Shown here piece after piece: positions 48,259-58,290 of a DNA stretch of 64,000 bases. The stretch covers positions 832,001 through 896,000 of the forward strand of contig OY968764.1 of the NCBI GenBank assembly GCA_963695335.1. Reading direction: 5' to 3'. The translations under genes were made by a program, and so were the position numbers. The notes under the pieces are model-generated. The model was given only the letters and a program-made list of their open reading frames with translations. It did no database searches and was not told the DNA's origin. Position 1 is the first letter of the stretch; each line of letters opens with the position of its first letter. Source of the stretch: an uncultured bacterium. Its GTDB lineage: Bacteria; Babelota; Babeliae; Babelales; Vermiphilaceae.

Positions 48259-50703
48259 ATGAATATATTTTTTTTAGATAAAAACAGGTTGATTTGGTTG
48301 GTGGGAGCTACTTTTTATGGAGGAATTATTATTTTTTTAATAATTTCTCTTTTTTCGTATAGTCCAACTGATAGTTGTTTGCTTTATATTTCGAGTGCGG
48401 GAAACACTGTTTCTAATTGTGGTGGCTCCCTTGGCGCGCATCTTGCTGCGCTTTTGTTTTATTTTTTTGGAGGAGCATCATTTTTATTACTTATTCCATT
48501 GCTTGTTCTTGGATTGATTGTTTTTACCAAAAAAACATTGCGTGGTAATTGGGAGCGCTTGTGTGCTGCTGTATATATAATGTGTGTTGGGGCTGCATTA
48601 CTTACTACGTATGGTATGGATGTTGCAGTCAGTCCTTATCCTGGTGGATTGATAGGATTGCGGTTTGCGCAAATGTTATTACACTATTTTGATACTATTG
48701 GACGAATTCTTTTTTTATATGGCAGTCTGTGCGCGAGTGTGATTATTGTTTGCCGTTGGTCATTTATGTTTGCAGTACAATATGGCATTGGTGTAGCACA
48801 TCATATATATGTGTTAATGAAAAAATATCGGGTGGTTAGTAAAACCGTATATGCTTTTGGAGTGTGCGTACGTGCATTGTTTGTGCGTCTTCCTATTATA
48901 GTAGTGCAATTTATTATGTCTTTATTAAATGGAACAGCCTTTCATGAAACGGGGTTAATGCATCCTGAAGATGAAGTGAGTGATAACGCTATTGAAGATT
49001 TTGGTTCTACTCAGTTTGGTTGGGGTGAAGAATGTCATTTTACTGAGCAGCAAAAGAGTGATGAAGTTAATTATGTTGTTGTGTCATTGCAACAGCATGA
49101 AAGTTTTGGTGTTTTAAAGTTGCCTGTCACATCGGCTATATTATCATTGTCGCAAAAGAAATCTGCTACAGTATCACATGTGCATCATAAAACTGTTTCT
49201 GTTTCAATTCCATTGCCTACCCAAGTAATAGAAAAGTTAAAATCAATATCGTCACTCAAAAAACAAGCTCCTCAATACGCATTGCCGCACATGGATATTT
49301 TTATTGCAGAAAAACATGTAGAAGATCACAACGTTGAAAAAGAGTTACAAGAGCGTGCACAAGTTCTTGAAGATAAATTAAAACGGTTTGGCGTTAATGG
49401 GCAAGTGGTTGCTATTAAGCGGGGGCCTGTTGTAACCGTGTTTGAGTATCAGCCTGATATTGATACAAAATTAAGTAAAATTATTGTTCTTGAAGATGAT
49501 CTTGCTATGGCACTGCAAGCAATGAGTATTCGTATTATTGCACCAATTCCAGGAAGATCAGTTGTGGGCTTTGAAGTTTCTAATACAACACGTCATGATG
49601 TTCTTTTTTCGCAAATTACACGATCGTCAGCGTACACACAATTTTCAGGTAATTTACCACTTGTGCTTGGTAAAGATACCATTGGTGATGCAGTGATAGT
49701 TGATTTAGCACGTATGCCACATTTATTAATTGCAGGTTCAACAGGGTCAGGAAAATCAGTAGCGCTTAATGCTGTACTGATAAGTTTATTGTGTAAGTTA
49801 AGTCCTGATGAACTGAAACTTATTTTAATAGATCCCAAACGTTTAGAGTTTGCAGCGTTTACTGATATTGCTCATTTACTGTTTCCGATTGTCACGAGCC
49901 CTGTGTATGCAGCTCCTGTTTTAAGATGGGTGGTGCAAGAGATGGAAGATCGTTATGAAAAGATGGCGGAATGTGGGGCTCGTAATATAAATGATTATAA
50001 CGCACGCACCCTTCAACAAGTTTCCTCCTACGCCAAGGCTACGGAGGACAGGCAGGGCGAGCGGAAAGAGATTGATCCTATGCCATATATTGTTGTAGTT
50101 ATTGATGAGTTAGCAGATTTAATGCTTACTGCAGGACGTGATATTGAAGATTTGATTACCCGTATTACACAGATGGCGCGTGCGGCAGGAATTCATATGA
50201 TTGTTGCAACTCAGCGGCCTTCAGTGGATGTTATCACCGGGCTTATTAAAGCTAATTTCCCAAGTAGGATATCATTCAGAGTTGCATCACGTATTGATTC
50301 ACGCACTATTTTAGATACTGTAGGAGCTGACCGTTTACTTGGTCGAGGAGATATGCTTTTTCTTGATGCGGCAACATCACAATTAAGACGCGTGCACGGT
50401 GCATATGTTTCTGATAAAGAGATTGAACAGGTTGCTGATCATATTAGAGCACAAAGAAAAGTTGAATATCTTGATATGCAACAAGTAACTGTGTTGCAGG
50501 GGCAAGATGCAGGAACAATAGACGATGTGCTCTATAAAGATGTACGAGAATTTTTGGGTGATATAGATGAGGTGTCCATTTCTCTTTTGCAGCGAAAATT
50601 CAGAATTGGATATAATAGATCAGCGCGGATTATTGAAATGTTAGAAGCGCAGGGGTTGATTATGCCGCAAGATGGAAGTAAAACACGAAAAGTAATACGT
50701 TAA
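48259..50703 (+). CDS. ftsK: DNA translocase FtsK
   Basis: N-terminal TMs, PHLLIAGSTGSGKS, IDELADLM, ATQRPSVDVITG, gamma domain LQRKFRIGYNRSAR. Confidence 0.96.
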   Translation: MNIFFLDKNRLIWLVGATFYGGIIIFLIISLFSYSPTDSCLLYISSAGNTVSNCGGSLGAHLAALLFYFFGGASFLLLIPLLVLGLIVFTKKTLRGNWERLCAAVYIMCVGAALLTTYGMDVAVSPYPGGLIGLRFAQMLLHYFDTIGRILFLYGSLCASVIIVCRWSFMFAVQYGIGVAHHIYVLMKKYRVVSKTVYAFGVCVRALFVRLPIIVVQFIMSLLNGTAFHETGLMHPEDEVSDNAIEDFGSTQFGWGEECHFTEQQKSDEVNYVVVSLQQHESFGVLKLPVTSAILSLSQKKSATVSHVHHKTVSVSIPLPTQVIEKLKSISSLKKQAPQYALPHMDIFIAEKHVEDHNVEKELQERAQVLEDKLKRFGVNGQVVAIKRGPVVTVFEYQPDIDTKLSKIIVLEDDLAMALQAMSIRIIAPIPGRSVVGFEVSNTTRHDVLFSQITRSSAYTQFSGNLPLVLGKDTIGDAVIVDLARMPHLLIAGSTGSGKSVALNAVLISLLCKLSPDELKLILIDPKRLEFAAFTDIAHLLFPIVTSPVYAAPVLRWVVQEMEDRYEKMAECGARNINDYNARTLQQVSSYAKATEDRQGERKEIDPMPYIVVVIDELADLMLTAGRDIEDLITRITQMARAAGIHMIVATQRPSVDVITGLIKANFPSRISFRVASRIDSRTILDTVGADRLLGRGDMLFLDAATSQLRRVHGAYVSDKEIEQVADHIRAQRKVEYLDMQQVTVLQGQDAGTIDDVLYKDVREFLGDIDEVSISLLQRKFRIGYNRSARIIEMLEAQGLIMPQDGSKTRKVIR
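50009..50064 (+). repeat. Family A repeat with nested family B (50023-50052), in frame in ftsK
   Basis: CCCTTCAACAAGTT[TCCTCCTACGCCAAGGCTACGGAGGACAGG]CAGGGCGAGCGG. Confidence 0.9.
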
Positions 50704-50800
50704 TAAAATTGATGGACCCTGCTTGACAAATGTACAAAAAAAAGAGATCTTAGTCCCATTGAAATGACGTGAAATTGGGGTTAAAGTGGAGATTTTATCA

Positions 50801-52189
50801 ATGCGATTTGACAACGTTTTTGTAGCTCAGATATTGCCTGATACGGTGATTGTATCTGGGCATTTTCCAGAAAATGCAACGTTTTCTATTGATTCACGCT
50901 CGATACAAGAGGGTGATATTTTTGTTGCTATAAAAGGTATAGCTTTTGACGGACATGATTTTCTTGTACAAGCATTTCAAAAAGGTGCAGCGGGAGCAAT
51001 TGTCGCTGAATCAAAAAAAGATAGTTTAAAAAAAATAAAAGATATTGATAGCAAGTTTATTCTTCTGGTTAAAGATCCTGTTGAGGCGTTTATTAAACTT
51101 GCATCAGCATGGCGTTCACAATTTAGTTATCCAGTGATTGCAATTACTGGATCGGTGGGTAAAACATCTACAAAAGAGATGCTGGCGCAAATTATGGCAT
51201 ATGCAGGGAAAAAATATATTGTTTCTCACGGGAATCAAAACACCAGAATTGGTCTTGCGCTGAATATGTTTCGTATGAGAGCTGATCATGAATTGGCTAT
51301 TTTTGAATTGGGTATCAGTAAGCGTGGGGAAATGGCTGAGCTCGCTCATTTATTACGTCCAACATCGGCTGTCATCACTAATATTGGTCATCAACACATG
51401 GATGGTTTGGGATCTTTGAATGACATTGCGCTTGAAAAGCGTGATGTTTTTAAATATTTCATTGAAAATAGTATTGGGATTATTAATGGTGATCAGCCTA
51501 TTCTTGCCCATGTTTCTTATCAGCATCCCGTTATTAAGTTTGGATCAAAAACAACCAATCAGGTGCAAGCGAGAAAAATGAGAGTGTCCGGATCGCATAT
51601 TAGTTTTATATTGAAAATATATAAAAATAAGTATTCGGTTGTATTTAATCATCCGCATGTGGGCGCTGTTTTTAATGTATTAACTGCAACGGCAGCGGCG
51701 CATTGGCTTGGCATTTCTGATGACATTATTATTAATGCAATACAAAAACCATGTGTTGTTGCGGGGCGCTTTGAAGAACGTCAGGTTAATGATAATCGTG
51801 GTATTTTAATTAATGATTGTTATAATGCCAATCCAGAAAGCATGAAGGCTGCATTGCTTGCGTTTCAACAAATAGAGACAAAGTCACCAAAAATTGCTAT
51901 TCTTGGTGATATGTTGGGATTGGGAGTGAATAGCCCATTTTGGCATAGACAAGTAGGACGATTCTTACGTAAAGTACCTTCTTTGAATAAAGTAATTTTG
52001 GTAGGCAATTTGGTTACATGGGTGAAAAAAACAGCTCCTGTAGGTTTGCGTGTTGAGATTGTTGGAACATGGCAAGAAGCAATGAGTAAAATTGAAAGTG
52101 AGCTTGTTGCAAAACCTACCATTTTAGTAAAAGGTTCTCGTGCGATTGGTCTTGATAATTTGGTTTCTAGGTTAACAACACATATATAA
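50801..52189 (+). CDS. murF: UDP-MurNAc-tripeptide--D-Ala-D-Ala ligase
   Basis: IDSR, FDGHDF, ITGSVGKTSTKE, NDCYNANPESM, LGDML, LVKGSR. Confidence 0.92.
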   Translation: MRFDNVFVAQILPDTVIVSGHFPENATFSIDSRSIQEGDIFVAIKGIAFDGHDFLVQAFQKGAAGAIVAESKKDSLKKIKDIDSKFILLVKDPVEAFIKLASAWRSQFSYPVIAITGSVGKTSTKEMLAQIMAYAGKKYIVSHGNQNTRIGLALNMFRMRADHELAIFELGISKRGEMAELAHLLRPTSAVITNIGHQHMDGLGSLNDIALEKRDVFKYFIENSIGIINGDQPILAHVSYQHPVIKFGSKTTNQVQARKMRVSGSHISFILKIYKNKYSVVFNHPHVGAVFNVLTATAAAHWLGISDDIIINAIQKPCVVAGRFEERQVNDNRGILINDCYNANPESMKAALLAFQQIETKSPKIAILGDMLGLGVNSPFWHRQVGRFLRKVPSLNKVILVGNLVTWVKKTAPVGLRVEIVGTWQEAMSKIESELVAKPTILVKGSRAIGLDNLVSRLTTHI

Positions 52190-52203
52190 TTAAAGAAGTT
52201 CGA

Positions 52204-53115
52204 ATGAGTATGCAAAAAGAAAACACAGATATGTTTTATCATAAAACGGTGATGGTGGATGAAGTTTTAGAATATCTTAATCCTCAACCGGATAAAATAT
52301 ATTGTGATGTTACATTTGGATCAGGCGGACATACAAAAGCTATTTTAAATAAGCAGCAAAAGTGTCGTGTAGTTGCGGTTGATTGGGATGCCACATCAAT
52401 TGACACATATGCGCCAGCTTTGGAAGAAAAATATCAGGATAGATTGCAAATATTGTGGGGTAATTTTTCAAACTTGTACCGATTATTGCAAAAAGCAAAA
52501 ATTGGCAAGGTTGATGGTATTCTTGCAGATTTTGGTACGTCGCAGATGCATATTAAAGAACGTGCAGGTTTTTCCTTTTCACGTGATACTGAGCTTGATA
52601 TGAGAATGTCTCCTGCACATCAGCAAATAACAGCCGAGCATGTTGTTAATAAATCTTCTGAAGAAAAATTATGTGAAATTTTTTGGCAATTGGGGCAAGA
52701 ATCTCATGCAAAAAAAATAGTAGCAGCAATTATTGAAGCTCGACAAAAAAGGCCGATTCACACAACACGTGAATTGGCTATGATTATTGAAAAAGTTGTT
52801 CCTCGTGGACGTTCAAAGATTCATCCAGCGACAAAAGTGTTTCAGGCATTACGTATGTTTGTTAATCAGGAATTGAATAACATCACAGGATTTTTGTCAG
52901 GGGCAATGCAAGTTTTGAAACCTGATGGGTTATTATTGTGCATATCTTTTCATTCTTTAGAAGATCGCATTGTTAAACAGTTCTTTAAAGATAAAGAGGA
53001 AGAAGGAAAACTGGAGATAATTACGAAGCATGTTGTTATACCAACAGCAGAAGAAATAACAAAAAATCCATCATCGCGGTCTGCAAAATTGAGGGTTGCG
53101 CGGTTGATTGGATAA
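52204..53115 (+). CDS. rsmH: 16S rRNA m4C1402 methyltransferase
   Basis: HKTVM, DVTFGSGGH, LDMRM, HPATKVFQALRMFVNQEL, SFHSLEDRIVK, NPSSRSAKLR. Confidence 0.95.
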   Translation: MSMQKENTDMFYHKTVMVDEVLEYLNPQPDKIYCDVTFGSGGHTKAILNKQQKCRVVAVDWDATSIDTYAPALEEKYQDRLQILWGNFSNLYRLLQKAKIGKVDGILADFGTSQMHIKERAGFSFSRDTELDMRMSPAHQQITAEHVVNKSSEEKLCEIFWQLGQESHAKKIVAAIIEARQKRPIHTTRELAMIIEKVVPRGRSKIHPATKVFQALRMFVNQELNNITGFLSGAMQVLKPDGLLLCISFHSLEDRIVKQFFKDKEEEGKLEIITKHVVIPTAEEITKNPSSRSAKLRVARLIG

Positions 53116-53170
53116 TTTTGTAAAAAAATGTGAAAAAAAGATGCATTTTGTTTGACAAAAAAATGTAATG

Positions 53171-55072
53171 CTATACATTAAAGTACGAGCGGTAAAGAAG
53201 CAAAAAACGATACTTATCCTTAAGGATTACAGCAATGGAAATAACGGAAGTTAAAGTATTTCCGGTAACGGATGGTGAAAAATTAAAAGCATATGCGACA
53301 ATAGTCTTTGACAATGCGTTTATTATTCGAGACCTCAAAGTTATTGAGGGAATCAAAGGGCTATTTGTTTCAATGCCATCACGCAAACGTAAAGATGGAA
53401 CATTTCGTGATGTTGTGCATCCCCTAAACCCAGAAACTCGCAGCATGATTGAAGAGCATGTTGTGCATGAATACAAAAAAGTTATGGATCTTGGTGGAGC
53501 GCATCCAGTATCGGATGAAGAGTAGTAGATAATAAATTTGATAATTTTCTTTTGGGGCGTGGCCAAGCGGTAAGGCAACAGGTTTTGGTCCTGTGATCGG
53601 AGGTTCGAATCCTTCCGCCCCAGCCATACATTACCATCGGTTGCTTTCTTGATAGCATCAAATGGTTTTTGTACGTCGTAGACGATGTTTTCATCTTGTA
53701 GGCGAATGTTCTGAAGTACAAGTGTAATTAATTGTCGTCTTTCTTCTAGTTCCGAACTTTCAAATAAATTAAATGCGTGCTTGGTAATTTCAAGCACGTG
53801 TTTTGTTGTGTTATAATAATTATCTTCAGCATCGTTAAGTTGGCTGAGTCGTAGATTGATATCTTCTTTCTGTGCTGTGAATGATGCATGAAACTTGTCG
53901 TATTGTTCGTCGCTAATCTTGTCTTTTAGTTTATCTATGTAGAGTTTATCCATTATGTTGGTAATAGTTTTCAGTTCTCCGGTAAATTTATCGAATTGAT
54001 TGTTATGAAATTCCATTTTATTTAGATGAAGTTCCTGAAGAGTTTCTGCAATCTCTTTCCGTATGTTATCCGGCATTTGAAGAGCTTTAAAAAATTCACC
54101 CAATTGTTTTGTTATTTCATCTTCTCTAATCCATTTTGCCCCGTGTTTGCCATTATATTGCGTGCAATGATAATAGACATGGCCCTTGTGGCGTTCAGGT
54201 GATATTGAGAGTCCACATTCATAGCAACGAATAAGGCCGCGATAGAAGAATGGTAGTCCGGCATATTTAAAAGGTTTCTTTTTGAAGCCATCTTTTATGT
54301 TCTGCACTTGTTGAAACAGTGATTGTGAGACAATAGGTGTATAGCAATGAGGATATGATTTACCTTTTACAATCATGGTTCCATGGTAAAAAGGATTCTG
54401 TAATATTTTAGCAAGATGAGACTTGAACCATGAAATTCCAAAATCAGTTTTGATTTTTTTGCAGAGTAATTCCATTGAATAGCCGCCTGTAGCATAGAGT
54501 TCAAAGGCTGTTTTTACTATAAAGCGATTATGTTCGTCTACAATGATAGCGGTTTTTTCATTTTCAAGTTTAATGTTTTTGTAACCGAATGGTGCTTTCC
54601 CGAGCCATTCTCCTTTGCGTAACTTTTGTTCTTGTGCTCGCTTTACGTTATCGCTGATTGCATCTGAATAATACTTTGCGAGGCCTAGGCTCATGCTAAA
54701 TGTAAATTTCTCAGTAGCAGATATTTTGCTGCTCAATATTTGTCCGTCAGAAACAAAATGTATTTCTATTTCGTCACTGAGCGCTTTTTCATAAAGTAGG
54801 GAAATGCGTTTATCGAAAACGTTTCTTGAAAGACGGTCAACCTTATCAAAACAAACGATGACCTTTTCTTTTTGTTCGAGAATGAAATCTACAATGCGAT
54901 CGAATGCGTCGCGTTGATTCTTGTATGCACTTTCATCGAAGCTGCATAGTCTGACAATCTCGAAATTTTTGTTTTTACAGTAATTTTGAAGGCGTGCTTC
55001 TTGAGCAGGAAGTGAGTTGCCGGCTTCACGTTGTTCTTCTGTGGATACTCTTGCTATAATAATTGCTTTCAT
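53171..55072 (-). CDS. Large serine recombinase; codons after ~484 read antisense through tRNA-Gln and spoVG
   Basis: ARVSTEEQ, SLPAQ, DRLSRN, APFGY, CYECG zinc ribbon, coiled coil. Confidence 0.9.
   Translation of the reverse strand: MKAIIIARVSTEEQREAGNSLPAQEARLQNYCKNKNFEIVRLCSFDESAYKNQRDAFDRIVDFILEQKEKVIVCFDKVDRLSRNVFDKRISLLYEKALSDEIEIHFVSDGQILSSKISATEKFTFSMSLGLAKYYSDAISDNVKRAQEQKLRKGEWLGKAPFGYKNIKLENEKTAIIVDEHNRFIVKTAFELYATGGYSMELLCKKIKTDFGISWFKSHLAKILQNPFYHGTMIVKGKSYPHCYTPIVSQSLFQQVQNIKDGFKKKPFKYAGLPFFYRGLIRCYECGLSISPERHKGHVYYHCTQYNGKHGAKWIREDEITKQLGEFFKALQMPDNIRKEIAETLQELHLNKMEFHNNQFDKFTGELKTITNIMDKLYIDKLKDKISDEQYDKFHASFTAQKEDINLRLSQLNDAEDNYYNTTKHVLEITKHAFNLFESSELEERRQLITLVLQNIRLQDENIVYDVQKPFDAIKKATDGNVWLGRKDSNLRSQDQNLLPYRLATPQKKIIKFIIYYSSSDTGCAPPRSITFLYSCTTCSSIMLRVSGFRGCTTSRNVPSLRLRDGIETNSPLIPSITLRSRIINALSKTIVAYAFNFSPSVTGNTLTSVISIAVILKDKYRFLLLYRSYFNV
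53235..53525 (+). CDS. spoVG: SpoVG family nucleic-acid-binding protein
   Basis: MEITEVKV, LKAYATIVFD, GLFVSMPSRK, FRDVVHPLN. Confidence 0.92.
   Translation: MEITEVKVFPVTDGEKLKAYATIVFDNAFIIRDLKVIEGIKGLFVSMPSRKRKDGTFRDVVHPLNPETRSMIEEHVVHEYKKVMDLGGAHPVSDEE
53553..53626 (+). tRNA. tRNA-Gln (TTG)
   Basis: Acceptor TGGGGCG/CGCCCCA, anticodon arm ACAGG-TTTTGGT-CCTGT, T arm GGAGGTTCGAATCCTTCC, encoded CCA. Confidence 0.96.
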
Positions 55073-55223
55073 GCTGCTCTGATTTGTTAAGGAAGTTTAA
55101 AAATGGTTTAGAACTATTATTGTAGCATGAAGAAATATCAGTTGCTATGTTATAAATTAGGGTATATTTATTTTTGGGGAATCAATGATTTTTCTACTAA
55201 AATGAAATATCGGTGATAATTTT

Positions 55224-55785
55224 TTATAAGATAAGACTATCGTATGTACTCTCGTGACCAAGAGACTTAGTCGTTGCGCCTACTTTATTACCATTGAACT
55301 CACGCATTTTTAAATACATGTCTTCTCGGTAATCTAGCTCATCAAGAGATAGGCCTTTATATCCTCGATGTGGAACCTTTTGGACATGTTTACAATATTC
55401 TAAAAGGTGAAGGGCTCTATTTTTCTTTACACGTAAGTAAGGAAGAATATTTTGAATGAACTCTGCCACTCGGTTCTTATCTCTCATATACCAATGATAA
55501 ATTGGTTTTGAGTTAGGTCTACTTTTGCGAGCGCCATCGATGTGTACATAACCGAATTTCATTTCATTGACTATAAAGTCAATCGCTTCTGGTTCAATCA
55601 TTGCTATTTTAATACCAGGCAAATAAGTAATAGCCCAATTTTCTACAGTCTTTGGAAACTCCAAAGCTCTGTCAGTTGTTCTATTTTTAGTCTTACGCTT
55701 ATGTTTAAATATCATAAAGCACCCATCTGCATCCATTATTCCTGCTATATACGCCCAATGCGTTTTGCTCTGGTTATTAATGCAT
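55224..55785 (-). pseudogene. LAGLIDADG homing endonuclease with frameshifted start
   Basis: WAYIAGIMDADGCF motif; the RBS-preceded ATG at 55785 reads ATG CAT TAA, 1 nt out of frame. Confidence 0.75.
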
Positions 55786-55941
55786 AAATATCCTTTAATG
55801 TTTGTTGTATCTATATCGTGATGGCATACATTGATATTTATGTTTAGACTTTTCGTGTAATCGCTCTCGGTTTAATGCCCCAATATTAACTGGCTAAAGG
55901 GGCAGAAAGCGTTGTAGGTGTAGTTAATATATATACACTCC

Positions 55942-57174
55942 TTACGTAGCTTTTTTTTGTTCAAACCAGGTTTCGATTTTTTTTCTATGCTGGTATGCAG
56001 AACAATTAAAGCATTGTTTGCCAGGTTTAATGTTTGGAAGTTCAGGTGATGTTATGCATTGTAAAATTTCATCTAGTGTTTCTTCGATCCATGAATAATC
56101 AATCGAGACTTTTATAACTGTAGTTTGAAACTTTAGCTTTCGTTGGTACGTATCAATCGTGCTAAAAGGGTTAAAAACATATTCATTTGAAGAAGTAGTT
56201 TTGCCGAGTATAACATCTGTATAGTCATATGTTGATATAACAGGTTTATCTAATATTAAATAGCCAATATCACTTGTATGAAAGTTATTTTTGTTCAACA
56301 GATAAGAGTAAAAAGAAATTTGTCGTCTATAGGATGCGCCTAGCGCATCATCTATGCTTATCATGTCTTTGGATGTTGTTTTAAAGTCAACAACAATAAG
56401 TTGTCCTGATTGATTTTGTAATACTTCGTCAATGATTCCAGTTAGAATGAAATTACGAGACTTATCATGAAACCTAATTCCGCCTTGCCCATAGTGTGAA
56501 TTTTGCCATATTGGTATATCTTTGTGATTAAATGGAATGGCTGAAATTCTCTCGCTCATTAGTATAGGATGAGCTTTTTCTACCTGTCGACATTGGTGAA
56601 ATTCATCTTTTAGGAGATTGTCATTTGCATTAGAAAGCGTAAATTTATCGTTATCGTAATCTCTTTTAATTTGACATTTTTTGACAAGATAAAAACATCG
56701 CTTGCAATCGAAATATGATTTAATATCATTGTGGCTGATGGTAATAGATTCGGTGATAGATCTATTTAATGGTAATGAATCAACGACGTCTGTAACTGTT
56801 AGGCCAAGCACATCGATGTATGAACGAATTTTTAAGAATTTTATAGAAAGTTCGAATTCTGGATGATCATTATTTACTTGAATGGGATATCGTTTTTCAT
56901 AGTATTGACCCGATATGTCATGATGCAAAATAAAGCTTAAAGCATAATGATCCAGGTCATAAACGACTTGTTGTTTTATGAAAAGATTATTTTTGATAAG
57001 TTCATTATTTATCGTATTGATGAGATTGGTATAGTCAGCATCAAAATCTTTATGAGTGAGAGTTATAGGTTCTGTTTTAATTCTCTGAGTTGCTTCCCAT
57101 AATTCGTTATAGGATGGATTATCAGCAAGTTCAAAAAAGAAACAAGGAAGGTTTCGGCGAATGTGTTTTTCCAT
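55942..57174 (-). CDS. PD-(D/E)XK nuclease (RecB/Cas4-like)
   Basis: GIIDEV...VVDFKTT, QISFY, Cys pairs CKRC and CFNC. Confidence 0.8.
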   Translation of the reverse strand: MEKHIRRNLPCFFFELADNPSYNELWEATQRIKTEPITLTHKDFDADYTNLINTINNELIKNNLFIKQQVVYDLDHYALSFILHHDISGQYYEKRYPIQVNNDHPEFELSIKFLKIRSYIDVLGLTVTDVVDSLPLNRSITESITISHNDIKSYFDCKRCFYLVKKCQIKRDYDNDKFTLSNANDNLLKDEFHQCRQVEKAHPILMSERISAIPFNHKDIPIWQNSHYGQGGIRFHDKSRNFILTGIIDEVLQNQSGQLIVVDFKTTSKDMISIDDALGASYRRQISFYSYLLNKNNFHTSDIGYLILDKPVISTYDYTDVILGKTTSSNEYVFNPFSTIDTYQRKLKFQTTVIKVSIDYSWIEETLDEILQCITSPELPNIKPGKQCFNCSAYQHRKKIETWFEQKKAT

Positions 57175-57409
57175 AGAATATTTAGTTTAAGGATTACCAA
57201 TTTAATAAGTATCTTCAAAACTAAACTCATCTTTAAATAATAAAGCTTAATTGCTATAAAATAAGCTTTATTATTAATAAAGTATAAACAAATTGTTAAT
57301 ATTTGTCGAGTAAATTATTTATATTAACAAATTAAATACGAACAATATTGATTGGGTAATGAAAGATTTTTATGTTATTTTCTATATATTTCGATAAAGG
57401 AGGTCTGCG

Positions 57410-58042
57410 GTGACTCATTGGGGATGGTATTGGAAAATAAAAAAGAAACATTTAGCAAAAAAAAATTGTTCTTCTATGGTAAAAATAGATTCGTTTCATC
57501 TCTATAAAAATAATATGATGACGGGATTTAGGGTTGATCCACTTGATATTAATGCTGAGCCAGAGCCAAATTTTTTAAAGATTGTCTATGGGAAACGTAA
57601 AGAGCATTCTTATATAATTCGAGTTGCCAGATTATCTTGTAATTACGGTGGATTTAGAAGTTATTTTCGATGTCCTTTGTGTGATAAACGCATGAGATTT
57701 CTTTATTTTGCAGAGAGAAGTATTTTTCTATGTCGTAAGTGTTTAAACCTTGGATATGACACTCAGCGTTTTAGGCCTACTATGCGATATGAGTATATTA
57801 GTCAAAAGGTGAAGAAGTTTGTGCGGAATAAAGGTGGAGATTTGGATTGTTATAAAAAACCACCTCGCATGCATGAGGATACGTACCAAAGACTTAAAAG
57901 TAAGCAATTTTACTATGAACATAAATCATATCAGGCAACTAATCAGGAACTTCGTAGATGGCATGGTAAAAAAATGGAAACATATTTGGATAGTTTTTTC
58001 GATTATGTTGATGAGTCCAAAGATTGGCGTAAAATAACCTAA
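57410..58042 (+). CDS. Zinc-finger hypothetical protein
   Basis: CNYGGFRSYFRCPLC...FLCRKCLNLGY; AAGGAGG RBS. Confidence 0.75.
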   Translation: MTHWGWYWKIKKKHLAKKNCSSMVKIDSFHLYKNNMMTGFRVDPLDINAEPEPNFLKIVYGKRKEHSYIIRVARLSCNYGGFRSYFRCPLCDKRMRFLYFAERSIFLCRKCLNLGYDTQRFRPTMRYEYISQKVKKFVRNKGGDLDCYKKPPRMHEDTYQRLKSKQFYYEHKSYQATNQELRRWHGKKMETYLDSFFDYVDESKDWRKIT

Positions 58043-58290
58043 TGGACTAACACTACGAAGTATTGATATGTTGAATAAAATTGAAGCAGGTTGATGTTGT
58101 TATCAATTCATATAATGGTTTTACAAAAGGGTTTTTTTGACTGTTTCATATAAAGGTTGAAATATTGAATCCCCCCGTTAGTTTTGATGGCAAAAGGAAT
58201 AGGGGGGCTGTATTCAATTCTTCAACTTAGATTGTTTTGTGGATAAAAAGGTTTTGATACTACTGCTTTGTTTACGATTGAGAGTTAGGT

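Noticed and set aside
53424..53721. Short ORFs MAGAEGFEPP... and MYFRTFAY...
   Set aside because: Artefacts of reading the tRNA gene antisense
55942..57174. CRISPR-associated Cas4
   Set aside because: No array or other cas genes; treated as a solo nuclease
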